From NCBI GenBank assembly GCA_965219415.1, contig CBDCNP010000002.1, forward strand, positions 5,536,001 through 5,600,000: 64,000 nucleotides of DNA. Direction: 5' to 3'. A program made the translations under genes and the position numbers. The stretch is from Candidatus Marinacidobacterales bacterium (GTDB taxonomy: Bacteria; Acidobacteriota; Vicinamibacteria; Marinacidobacterales; DATDRI01). The notes under the pieces were generated by a model. It saw nothing but the letters and a program-made list of their open reading frames with translations, was not told the origin of the DNA and made no database searches. Shown here in pieces: positions 21,450-31,024 of this stretch (position 1 is its first letter; every line of letters begins with the position of its first letter).

Positions 21450-21739
21450 AACCATTTCATCGAAGTCTGCCTCGATGAATCCGACGATGTATGGTTCGTG
21501 CTGCACTCGGGCTCGCGTGGTGTGGGCAATCGCACCGGCATGCACTTCATTGAGCTGGCGCAGAAGGACATGGGCCGACACCTTCAAAACCTGCCCGACA
21601 AGGATCTCGCGTACTTCGAGGAAGGCAGCGAGCACTTCGACGACTATTGGTTCGCCGTCGATTGGGCCCAGCGCTACGCGGCGACGAATCGTCGACTGAT
21701 GATGGAGGCGGTCGTCGAGGCGGTTCACGATACCGGCCT
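21447..21739 (+). pseudogene. rtcB: RtcB RNA ligase, middle fragment
   Basis: GNHFIE, LHSGSRGVGN motifs. Confidence 0.9.
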
Positions 21740-21960
21740 GCATAGGCTCGTCCCTCACAATCGGCTTCGCTGTAGGCGACTCGGCTGATACCGTCCTCGG
21801 CGGTCCGGCCGAAGCGTGACAGCTCGCTGAGCCGGCGGTTCACGCGATCGCCGTTGATGTTGAGGCGAAGGCGTTCTCTGGGATGTTGGACCGGACGCGG
21901 AGAGACGGGAAGCGAAAGCGCGCAAGCTCCGAGACTCAGTAAGAACTCCCGACGCTCCAT
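21740..21960 (-). pseudogene. N-terminal fragment of an M20 Zn-dependent amidohydrolase with Tat-like leader
   Basis: MERREFLL leader; INGDRVNRRLSELSRFG...GISRVAYSEAD. Confidence 0.7.
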
Positions 21961-22397
21961 AGGCAGGAGTGTAGCCGAAACTTGCGCGCTGTGGTCGCTG
22001 CGAGCTGTCCCCGTCCTGTGCCAAAACTCGGCCCTTTTGAAATAGATCGCAAATCAGCAGCTTAGACGCCCTTGGAATCCGCGCAGAATCCAGGGTATTT
22101 CGCGCCGTAGGGCTGGCTTCCGACCCTTGGGCTGCGGGTGGCGGGCGACAGGCCCACCGGGGGTGCACACGGCTGGCTCAAATCGGCTGCGGGGCGAGCT
22201 GCAGGCAACGAACTGTGCGCCCGGAAGGAATGCGTATCCGACCGCGATGCCGGATTCAAGCAGCCCTTGGAAAGGTGCAAACTGCTGACCCGCTGGGCGT
22301 TCGAGTATTTTGACCAGACGCCGGCGTCGGCTCTACTCAGGGGTAGTAGAGGTGTAATCTGGTGCGAAGTCCGGCAGCCGTTCCGAGCAGATCGGAC

Positions 22398-22640
22398 TCA
22401 AGCAGCGCGTCGAGTGTAATGATAATGGAGACCACCGACCTTTGGAATGGCACTCACTTTGCCCATTGCTGGCGACTCTACGCGGCGAGGCTCGGGCGCG
22501 TCCTTCTCAAGCGACAAATGAGTCCGGCACGAATGATAGTAGTCGACGTATTTGCGTAGGATTCGCCTCAGGTGCTGCTCGTCGAGGACGATCACATGGT
22601 CAAGACACTCACGTCGAATGGAGCCGATCATCCTTTCGAC
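22398..22640 (-). pseudogene. C-terminal fragment of an integrase-core transposase
   Basis: [14 protein letters not shown]...GGLHYHYTRRAA; downstream flank repeated at ~8115-8180. Confidence 0.8.
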
Positions 22641-22727
22641 TAATGGATTCTGTCACGGGGAGCGCGGTGCGGTAAGGACTGCTCGTCGTGCCGAAGCGTC
22701 GGGAAGGACGGCTTGCTGTCGGAGGAA

Positions 22728-23154
22728 CTAGCCCTTCACGCAGACGGTCTGCTTGAGCCGGTGGACGATCCCTTACGAGGTCGCTCTGTGCCTCCATCAC
22801 GGCGTCGATGTCCTTATAGGCTCCGGGAGTCTCGTCGAGAACCCTCACGTCCTTGCGGCACTCGACCCCGGCTGTCGCCGCGGCGTGATCGTCTAGAGTG
22901 AAGCGCTTCTTGGCTTCGTTGCGGGACATGACGCGCCCGGCACCGTGACTGCACGACTCGAAGCTCTCACGGTTTCCTTTCCCCCGGACGATATAGGAGC
23001 GCGCCCCCATGCTTCCGGGAATGATGCCCAGGTCGCCCCGCCCAGCCCGCACCCTTCCGCGTGACGAAAACCTCCGACCCGTAGTGCTGCTCCTTCGCGA
23101 CGTAGTTGTGGTGACAATTGACGACTTCTTTCTTGGGTCGAAACGCGGGCACGA
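22728..23154 (-). pseudogene. rtcB: RtcB RNA ligase, C-terminal fragment
   Basis: NCHHNYV, IPGSMG, SCSHGAGR, DETPGAYK motifs across frameshifts. Confidence 0.9.
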
Positions 23155-23155
23155 A

Positions 23156-23638
23156 GGATCGCCCACGAGCTGCTCGTCAAGCTTGGCGTCCGCGTCTCGC
23201 CGCGCACCGTTCGGAAGTACATACCCATTCGAGATGATGGCAGCCCGGACCGGCGCAATGCGTCGCATCGCTGGGCGACATTCGTGCGGAATCACGCAAA
23301 AGCGGTCGTCGCTGCGTATTTTTTTAACGTAGTCACCGTCAGCTTTCGCGTGCTTTAGGTCTTCGTCATCATGGAAATCGGCACCCGCAAGATGCTTCAC
23401 TTCAACGTGACGGCGCATCCGACCGCGGAGTGGACGCTGCAACAGTTCCGGGAGGCGATTGGGTGCGAGCACGACTATCGATTCGTCATCGTGGACCGCG
23501 ATGACAAGTTCTCAGCAGACCTCCGCCGCTCCGTCCGGGGGAGGGTGTTCGGCCGTTGAGGACGCCGCGCAGAGCACCGCAGGCAAATGCCTATTGTGAG
23601 AGACTCATCGGCACCACACGCCGGGAGTGCTTGGATCA
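23156..23638 (+). pseudogene. Internal fragment of an integrase-core transposase
   Basis: RIAHELLVKLG, WATFVRNHA, HFNVTAHPTAEWTLQQFRE, VDRD; contains stops and frameshifts. Confidence 0.75.
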
Positions 23639-24172
23639 GGAAGCTCTGGCATGATCGTTCACCCAACGCCCGAGACTTCGCCAGCAGCAAAGCATGTCGT
23701 CGTAGCTGTAGTGCGCATTGCGACCACTGGGGTTCGGAAGAACGAACAACCGTGAGCCTCCCAGAATTTCGCCACGCGGTCCGCATTGGATGGTCTTCGG
23801 TACGCGACCGGCGGAGAGCTCAGGCCAGAACCCTCGAAAAACGGTGACACCGAGGAAGCCGATGGCCTTCGGACGGTAACGCATCACCTTCTCGGCGAGA
23901 AGCCTACGCCCTTTCTCGAACTCGACCCGGTCGAGTTCCGAGCTCCCACGCGACGCCCTCGCGACGATACTGGTCAAACCGATACCGAACTCGGGCAGAC
24001 GCAAGTCATCCTCGTAGGTCATGAGCCGCGGGACCAGTCCGGACTCGTGCAGCAACCTCCAGAACTTGTTTCCACGGCCGGCAAAGTGATGGCCAAGCTC
24101 ATCGGATCGCTTCCCTGGATTGATCCCGACCAGCAGGACGTCGAGGCCGTGGGAAAGGTAGTCCGGTAACAC
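23636..24172 (-). CDS. mug: G/U mismatch-specific DNA glycosylase
   Basis: GINPG, HHFAGRGNKFW, VLPNPSG motifs. Confidence 0.92.
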   Translation of the reverse strand: MLPDYLSHGLDVLLVGINPGKRSDELGHHFAGRGNKFWRLLHESGLVPRLMTYEDDLRLPEFGIGLTSIVARASRGSSELDRVEFEKGRRLLAEKVMRYRPKAIGFLGVTVFRGFWPELSAGRVPKTIQCGPRGEILGGSRLFVLPNPSGRNAHYSYDDMLCCWRSLGRWVNDHARAS

Positions 24173-24474
24173 TCGGAAAGCATAGCGCAGGGCGGTGTGC
24201 TCCGTAAAAAGTCGTTCCAGCGTTGATTGCGCGGTTTAGAGCTGCCATGCTCGGCTGCTTCGTGCTGGTCGACCGGACGACGCCACCGGCGTCTTAGGGA
24301 CGTGGAGAGGCTCGCGCTTGCGACTGTTTTCGAATATCCGGCCTATTCTCCTGGACGCCGTCGCGTTCGCTTGAAACGTATGCTGCTCGCGCAGCTGTGC
24401 TCCGCAAAAAATCGATCCGGCGTTGATTGCGCGTTCTAGACCTGCTATGTTCGGCTGCTTCTAGCTAATCTTCT

Positions 24475-24640
24475 GGTGCTTCCGTCATTAAGTGTTGGTG
24501 AGATGACGCTAAGACTTTACGGTGTATTAAATTACAGCCAAAATAGCGCTCGTGACCTTTGCTTCGCGCTAAATGGAGCGTAAGTGCCTTTTTTGCAAAG
24601 GGATGCGTACACATCACCAACAGTAAACAGCGCAAGCACC
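24475..24640. mobile_element. 166-bp IS1-type MITE (opposite orientation to 5411)
   Basis: Near-identical to 5411-5576. Confidence 0.9.
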
Positions 24641-24692
24641 TGATCATCTGCATGGTGACGACCCGCCCGCCCAAGACGATTGTAAAGCCCAC

Positions 24693-25951
24693 TGAAGTGA
24701 CCCCGCTTTCGTGGACAGGTTAAGAGTTAGGGATCAAGCGTCGCGATAGTACCTCCTTTCGAATTGGATAGGCGAGCAATAGTCGATGGCGGAGTGTCGT
24801 CGTCGCGGGTTGTACCAGCCTTCGATGAAATCGAAGGTCGCCATGCGCGCCTCAGCGTGGTAGCGAAACGACCGGCGCTCGATCAGCTCGCACTCGAGCG
24901 TCGCGAAGAAGCTCTCGCACATCGCATTGTCGTAACAGTCCCCGACCGAACCCATCGACGGTCGCACCCCGGCCTCCCGGCATCGCTGGCCGAACGCTAG
25001 TGACGTGTACTGCGTGCCCTGGTCCGAGTGATGGATGACGTCGCCGGGCTTGCGTTGGAACAGCGCCATGTCGAGGGCGCTCAAGACGAGCGACGTCCGC
25101 AGGTGGGTAGCCATTGCCCATCCGACGATGCGTCGGCTGAAGGCGTCCAGCACGACGGCGAGGAACAAGAAGCCCGACCACGTGGGCACGTAGGTGATAT
25201 CGGCGACCCACAGGCGGTCGGGCCGGTCCACCTCGAAATTCCTGTCGACGAGATCGGGGGCGGGACGGGCGTCGTCACAGCGAATCGTAGTGTGCGCCCT
25301 CTTGCGCCGGTGAACACCTTGAATGCCAGCCTCGCGCATCAGCCGCGCTACACGCTTGCGTGAAGACGTGGAGCTCGTGTGTCTCTCGTAGCTCGTGGAG
25401 GATCCTCGGCGCGCCGTACGTGCTCCGCGACGCGGTGTGAATCGCCCGGATCTTCTCAAGCAACTCCGCATCCGACACCGCGCGGGCCGACGGGGCACGC
25501 TCAAGCCACGCATAGTAGCCGCTGGCGGAGACGTCCAGCAGTCGGCACATCGTGGCAACCGGTAGTGAATCCTGGTTCGCCCTCACGAATCGGAAGGCTT
25601 CGGTGGTACCGACTCGGTCTCCCGAGCGAACCAGGCCGCGGCTTTTGAGAGGATCTCCCGCTCCAACCGTAGTTGACGGTTCTCCCGTCGCAGGCGGCGG
25701 AGCTCCGCACGCTCCTCACTCGTCAGACCGTCCTGCCTGCGACCCTCGTCGAGATCCGCCTGGTTCACCCAGTTCCGGATCGTCTGGCCCGAGGGCTCAA
25801 ACTCTCGCGCCAGCTCTTCGGAGCCGCGGCCCGCTCGCACCAGCTCTACCATTTGGCGCCGGAACTCGGCCGCGTATCTGTTTCCCTGCTTTGACATCGT
25901 GGACTCCTGTCTCCCAAAGGATTAGGTGTCCACGAAAGCGGGTCAAGTCCA
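24693..25951 (-). mobile_element. IS3-family element (orfA 25583-25897; orfB 24734-25586 frameshifted), lying within an A-type terminus
   Basis: TG...CA IRs containing CCCGCTTTCGTGGACA; WVADITY, HSDQGTQY, DNAMCESFF; both flanks are parts of an A-type end with a small deletion. Confidence 0.9.
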
Positions 25952-26079
25952 GTCTGCTGATTCATGGTTTATTTTGAAAAGGGCTGAGTTTTGGCACAGG
26001 ACGGGATCCTGATCTAACCCGTGGCTTTACAATCTCTTGGCTGAAAGAGCTAGTATCGAGCTTTCCCGAGGAGAATCGT

Positions 26080-27132
26080 ATGACCAAACGAATGCTAATT
26101 CAGTCTCTTGGTGGGGTGATTCTGGCGGGGCTTGCCTTCTCACAGGAATCGGGGGCGTGGAGTGATCGGCCGTATTTCCATACGTTTTCCATTGCAGCCA
26201 TCGATCCGGAGACCGGGGAGTCCGGTGTTGCGGTCACAACGAGAGTGCCGTGCGTGGGAAACGCGGTTCCCTGGGTACGGGCCGGAGTGGGCGCGGTCGC
26301 CACCCAAGCTTTCACACGGGTCGAGTACGGCGTCGAGCTTCTCGATGCGCTTGAGGGTGGCAGGAGCGCAGAGGAAGCGTTGGCCGAGCTGGTTGCGGCG
26401 GATGACAAGGCCTCCGAACGGCAGGTCGGGGTGATTGGCCTGAAAGGCGGAAGCGCTCAACACACGGGTGACGATGCCTACGCTTGGGCGGGGCACCGAT
26501 CAGGTCCGAACTATGTTGCGCAGGGAAACTTACTGGTTGGGCCGGCAGTTCTGGAAGCGGTGGCCGCGTCGTTCGAGAGCACAAAGGGAAGCCACAGTCA
26601 TCTTGCGGATCGTTTGATCGAAGCGGTGGCCGCCGGTCAGGCCAAAGGAGGTGATGCTCGAAAGGGTCGCCTACAGTCGGCGGCCGTCGTCGTTGCCGAT
26701 CCGAGACCGGACCGTGCGCGGCGGCCCGACGGACAGACCGTCAACATTAACGTCTGCGAACATCCGGAGCCAGTTGCTGAGCTGCGCCGCATCTATGAAT
26801 CCATTTCCGGTACCCTCGGCTATCGGACTCTCCAGCAATTCTCGGGAAACGACATCTGGCAGCTCAAGCTAATCCTCCATGCCCTCGGCCACTATCGCGC
26901 CAACGAGAAAACGCTGGAACGTGGGGACGACGCCAATGTTTATACGCTTGAGGCGGTGACGGCAGTCGACGCGTTTCGCGCGTCGGAGGGACTCTCCACA
27001 CCCGCCCTCCGCTCGCCGCCCGGGCTCGTGGACCGAGAAACCGTCGAGCGACTGTGGGCAGCACTGGAACGCTCGGGTAAGGCCGAAGCGGTGCGCGCGC
27101 TGTTTCTGGAGCTAACGGGGCTCCGTCGCTAG
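26080..27132 (+). CDS. DUF1028 (Ntn-hydrolase-like) protein with signal peptide and C-terminal peptidoglycan-binding-like region
   Basis: HTFSIAAID, GVGAVATQA, QGNLL, GGDARKGRLQSAA; GAGGAG RBS. Confidence 0.88.
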   Translation: MTKRMLIQSLGGVILAGLAFSQESGAWSDRPYFHTFSIAAIDPETGESGVAVTTRVPCVGNAVPWVRAGVGAVATQAFTRVEYGVELLDALEGGRSAEEALAELVAADDKASERQVGVIGLKGGSAQHTGDDAYAWAGHRSGPNYVAQGNLLVGPAVLEAVAASFESTKGSHSHLADRLIEAVAAGQAKGGDARKGRLQSAAVVVADPRPDRARRPDGQTVNINVCEHPEPVAELRRIYESISGTLGYRTLQQFSGNDIWQLKLILHALGHYRANEKTLERGDDANVYTLEAVTAVDAFRASEGLSTPALRSPPGLVDRETVERLWAALERSGKAEAVRALFLELTGLRR

Positions 27133-27425
27133 GTTATTTATCCGTGCGCCCCGAACTTGATTGGTCTCCGGTCTGCCGGCACCATGCCGGCATGATTTCG
27201 TCGTTGGTTCCCGCTCGCCTGACGGTCCTAGCTTCTCGCGGGGAACAACGCCTTCTTTCTCCAGCACGTTATTGCGTCGGTGGCCCTGCAGCGACAGAGT
27301 GCAGAACCTCCACCGAGGCGAACACGAGTTCGCAGGAACTCCCTCACATGGCCCCGTCAATACGCGATCTTCTTTTTTCCGTGTCACAACCTCTCAACCG
27401 GCAAGTGTTTCTCCACCGGTCGACC

Positions 27426-27583
27426 TGTGCCTTCTATTTATTCATCCGCGCGCACCGAACTTGATTTATCTCCGGTCTGCCAGCACCATGCCGACATAAT
27501 TTCGTCGTTGGTTCCCGCTCTCATCTCTGCCTTCAAGGCTCGTCGTGAGCTGGCTCTCGAGAATGTCGCTCTTCGGCAGCAAA
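27426..27583 (+). repeat. 'D-type' left end (TGTGCCTTCTATTTATTCATCCGCGCG) with first codons of an integrase-core transposase
   Basis: Followed by ISSLVPALISAFKARRELALENVALRQQ; other D ends near 27133, 30979, 33786, 38474, 49861, 59234. Confidence 0.8.
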
Positions 27584-27645
27584 GAAGGGCCGAGTGAGTT
27601 CCTCCATTCGAATTCTGAACGGCGCCGACTTAGAATCCAGTTGCC

Positions 27646-30093
27646 GTGGCCGAGAAACTCCACTCAGACGTGCTCGAACGCCTCCAGCAGGATGTCGTCC
27701 TGTCCGAGACGGCAAGAGAGCTCGTGCTCGCGGCGCTCCTCGGCGAGGTCGAGGTATGCCTCGGCGGCAAAACGCCGGCCGCGCCCGCCACCGAATCCGC
27801 TGAACCGGAAGATCCCGCTCGCGCGTACATCGACGCCGTGCGCGTTCAAGGTTTTCGCGGTATCGGACCGAGCGCTGAGCTTGCTCTCTCCCCTGGTCCA
27901 GGGCTGACGCTGGTCGTCGGACGCAACGGCTCGGGCAAATCGAGCTTCGCGGAGGCGCTCGAGCTCCTCCTTACCGGCGACAATCAGAGATGGAGCTCCA
28001 AGCGCAGTAGGGTCTGGAAGGACGGCTGGCGCAATCTCCATGAACCCGACGTAACGAAGATCGAGGCAACGCTTCTCATTGACGGCCAGGCGGGCCCCTA
28101 CGTCGCGTCACGGCAATGGAGTGCGAACGACACGCTCGAGGCTGGCGAGGCCACGATCACCCACGCCCATAAGAAAAAGACCGGTCCCCTCTCTCAGCTC
28201 GGTTGGGCAACACCGCTCGCCACTTACCGTCCTTTTCTTTCCTATAACGAGCTCGGCTCCATGCTCGAAGAGGGCCCCTCAAAGCTCTTCGATGCCCTCG
28301 CCTCGATTCTCGGGCTCGAAGAGCTCGTTGCCGCCGCCGACGCGCTCAAAGAAGCGCGCGGTTCACGAAGCAAGATCCACAAGAAGGCCAAGGACAAACT
28401 CAAAGAGCTCCGCGCCTCGCTCAAGGCGCATCCCGATGAGCGGGCGGCAAAATGCCTCGAGGCCACCAAGGGCACGAAATGGAACCTCGATGCCGTCGAA
28501 GGCCTCGTCGCGGGCGGTGCGGTCTCTGAGACAGACTCGACTGTCGCGCGGCTTCGGGAGCTCACCCAGCTTCAGGGGCCGAATCCCGAGCGCGTCTCCG
28601 AGATCGTCGCCCAGCTCCGGCAGGCGGTCCGGGATCGACAGAGTATCGCTGGAACGGATGCCGACAAAGCCCGCCGACGAGCCGAGATTCTGGACAAAGC
28701 CCTCGAGCTCCACCGCCACGACGGAGACGGCGACTGCCCCGTCTGTGGACGCTCCTCGGCACTCAACGAGGTTTGGCACTGCCAGGCCGAGGCGGAAGCC
28801 CAGGCGCTCAGAAAAGAGGCTGCCGCTGCCGAGAAAGCGCACCGCGCGCTTCGTGACGCGGAGCGGGTCGCGCAGGCGGCGGCGACACCCCTGCCTCCCT
28901 CCTTATTGATGGCCAGCGAGCTCGGCGTCGACGCCGACGCCGTCCAGCTCGCCTGGAGCGGGTGGCACCAGGCGTCGAGCTCGACGGGCGAGGAGCTCGC
29001 CAACCACCTCGAAACGCAAGCTCCCGAGCTCAATCTAGCCCTTGAGCTCTTCCGCGAGCAGGCGCAACAAAAGCTCGCCAAGCGCGAAGACCAGTGGAGA
29101 CCGATGGCCCTCTCCCTCGCCGAATGGCTTCCCGCTGCCCGCCAGATGCAGTCCGAAACCGAAACCGTCAAGCACCTGAAGGCCGCGGAAGACTGGGTCC
29201 GGACCACTACCACCGCCATCCGCAATGAGCGCTTCCAGCCCATCAAAGAGAAGGTCAAAGGTATTTGGGAGCTTTTGAGAACCCGCAGCAGCGTCGAGCT
29301 CGAAGACGTTACCTTCGAAGGCAAGGCGACGTCCCGCAAAGTGAGCCTCGACGTGACCGTCGACGGCACCGAAGGCGCCGCCCTCGGCGTCATGAGCCAG
29401 GGCGAGCTTCATTCGCTCGCGCTCGCTTTGTTTCTCCCCAGAGCGACCCTTGAGGCGAGCCCGTTCCGATTCCTCGTCATCGACGACCCGGTTCAGTCCA
29501 TGGACCCCGCTCGCGTCGACGGCCTCGCCAAAGTCCTAGGCGAGGTGGCCTTCGATCGCCAGGTCGTCGTCTTCACCCACGACGACCGCCTGCCCGATGC
29601 CGTGCGGCGCCTCGAGGTCCCCGCCACGATCGTCGAGGTCTTGCGACGAGAAGGCTCACTCGTCGAGCTCCGCAAGGTGCAAAGTCCCATGCGTCAGTAC
29701 CTGGATGACGCCTTCTCCCTCGTGAGCACCAAGGACCTGCCCAAGATCGCGCGCGAGCGCGTCGTCCCGAGCCTGTGCCGACATAGCCTCGAGGCCGCTT
29801 GTCTCGACGTCGTGCGTCGCCGTCGTCTCACGCGAGGCGACTCGCACGAATCCGTCGAGGAACTCTTCGACACCCACACGAAGCTCGTCCCGCGCCTGGC
29901 CCTCGCGCTTTTCGATGACGCGGAAAAGGCCAGCGGCGTCTACAACGGCATTAAGAACCGTTTCGGTCCGTGGCAGATCGACACCGTCAAGCTCTGCAAC
30001 GAGGGCGCCCACAAGGGCTTTCCCGGAGGCGACGCGCTTAGCTTCGTGCGCAACGTGGACAAGCTCGCAGGCAAGCTCGTGAAACTCGCATGA
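27646..30093 (+). CDS. Rad50/SMC-like (RloC-like) ABC ATPase with zinc hook and C-terminal HEPN-like domain
   Basis: GFRG, GRNGSGKSS Walker A, coiled coils around CPVC, MSQGE, VIDDPVQSMD, FTHD; helical tail with LCRHSLE and CNEGAH. Confidence 0.85.
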   Translation: MAEKLHSDVLERLQQDVVLSETARELVLAALLGEVEVCLGGKTPAAPATESAEPEDPARAYIDAVRVQGFRGIGPSAELALSPGPGLTLVVGRNGSGKSSFAEALELLLTGDNQRWSSKRSRVWKDGWRNLHEPDVTKIEATLLIDGQAGPYVASRQWSANDTLEAGEATITHAHKKKTGPLSQLGWATPLATYRPFLSYNELGSMLEEGPSKLFDALASILGLEELVAAADALKEARGSRSKIHKKAKDKLKELRASLKAHPDERAAKCLEATKGTKWNLDAVEGLVAGGAVSETDSTVARLRELTQLQGPNPERVSEIVAQLRQAVRDRQSIAGTDADKARRRAEILDKALELHRHDGDGDCPVCGRSSALNEVWHCQAEAEAQALRKEAAAAEKAHRALRDAERVAQAAATPLPPSLLMASELGVDADAVQLAWSGWHQASSSTGEELANHLETQAPELNLALELFREQAQQKLAKREDQWRPMALSLAEWLPAARQMQSETETVKHLKAAEDWVRTTTTAIRNERFQPIKEKVKGIWELLRTRSSVELEDVTFEGKATSRKVSLDVTVDGTEGAALGVMSQGELHSLALALFLPRATLEASPFRFLVIDDPVQSMDPARVDGLAKVLGEVAFDRQVVVFTHDDRLPDAVRRLEVPATIVEVLRREGSLVELRKVQSPMRQYLDDAFSLVSTKDLPKIARERVVPSLCRHSLEAACLDVVRRRRLTRGDSHESVEELFDTHTKLVPRLALALFDDAEKASGVYNGIKNRFGPWQIDTVKLCNEGAHKGFPGGDALSFVRNVDKLAGKLVKLA

Positions 30094-30476
30094 TCGCCGT
30101 CACCGACTACACCCCCGAGGACCTCCTCGACGCCGCCAAAGGTCTACTTTCGCGGCCCGACGCCAACGCGAAGGGAATCTGGCCTCGTGCCGCCGCCCAT
30201 CTCTGCCGCCAGGCCCTCGAAGCCTCACTGGCGCAGTGGTGGACGAAGCGACTTCCCGGCATGGAGACCACCTCCATGCGCGCCCAGCTCGTGTGTCTTC
30301 CGACCTATCTCACGACGGACGGACTCGCCGGTCAGGTTGCCTACACCTGGTCCGGGCTGAGCAACGCGTGCCATCACCACGTCTACGAGCTGGCGCCGAG
30401 CGCCACCGAGCTAGCCGCGTGGCTGGACATTGCGACGGAGCTCGCCCATGCCGTCAAGATGTCAGAACGAGACTAG
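30090..30476 (+). CDS. Small HEPN-like protein, translationally coupled to the ATPase
   Basis: ATGA overlap; LLDAAKGLL, AAHLCRQALE, LSNACHH pattern. Confidence 0.7.
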   Translation: MIAVTDYTPEDLLDAAKGLLSRPDANAKGIWPRAAAHLCRQALEASLAQWWTKRLPGMETTSMRAQLVCLPTYLTTDGLAGQVAYTWSGLSNACHHHVYELAPSATELAAWLDIATELAHAVKMSERD

Positions 30477-31024
30477 AGCGTTCTGGTATCGCCATCGGAA
30501 GAGAACAATCTCGACACGACGGCGTTGACGAAAGCTGACACAAAATTCGAGAGCAGACGCGAGAGCGAACCTTTCCACGTTTACAATGACGTCGGATCAC
30601 CTCATCCGTTCGTCGCGAAACGGGCAATCCTGGCGGGTCTAAACCGCGGAATCAACAACGGGTCGAATTTTTGCGGAGCACACCCCTGACTGCGGAGGCT
30701 GCGGGCAAGGGCAAGCGCGGACCCCGAACAAGAAGGGCTCGCCTTGACCGAGGATTCTAGCTTCCATTGCCAACCAAGCCTAGGCGCCTCTAATCCGCAA
30801 CGGCGCGCAGGTCATGAGTTCGTTTGTGTTTTTGGACACGACGGGCACAGCTAGCTCACGACGAGCCTTGAAGGCAGAGATGAGAGCGCGAACCAAATGA
30901 CGAAATCATGCCGGCATGGTGTCGGCAGACCGGAGACTAATCAAGTTCGGGGCGTGCGGATGAACAAATAGAAGGCACAGTCCTAATTTAGGAATGGGGA
31001 ATCTAGCAAACTAGCCAATAGCTA

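Noticed and set aside
27664-30012. Long antisense and alternative-frame ORFs over the ATPase (likewise over CotH, TonB and the transposases)
   Set aside because: Expected shadow ORFs in high-GC coding DNA; no recognisable motifs.
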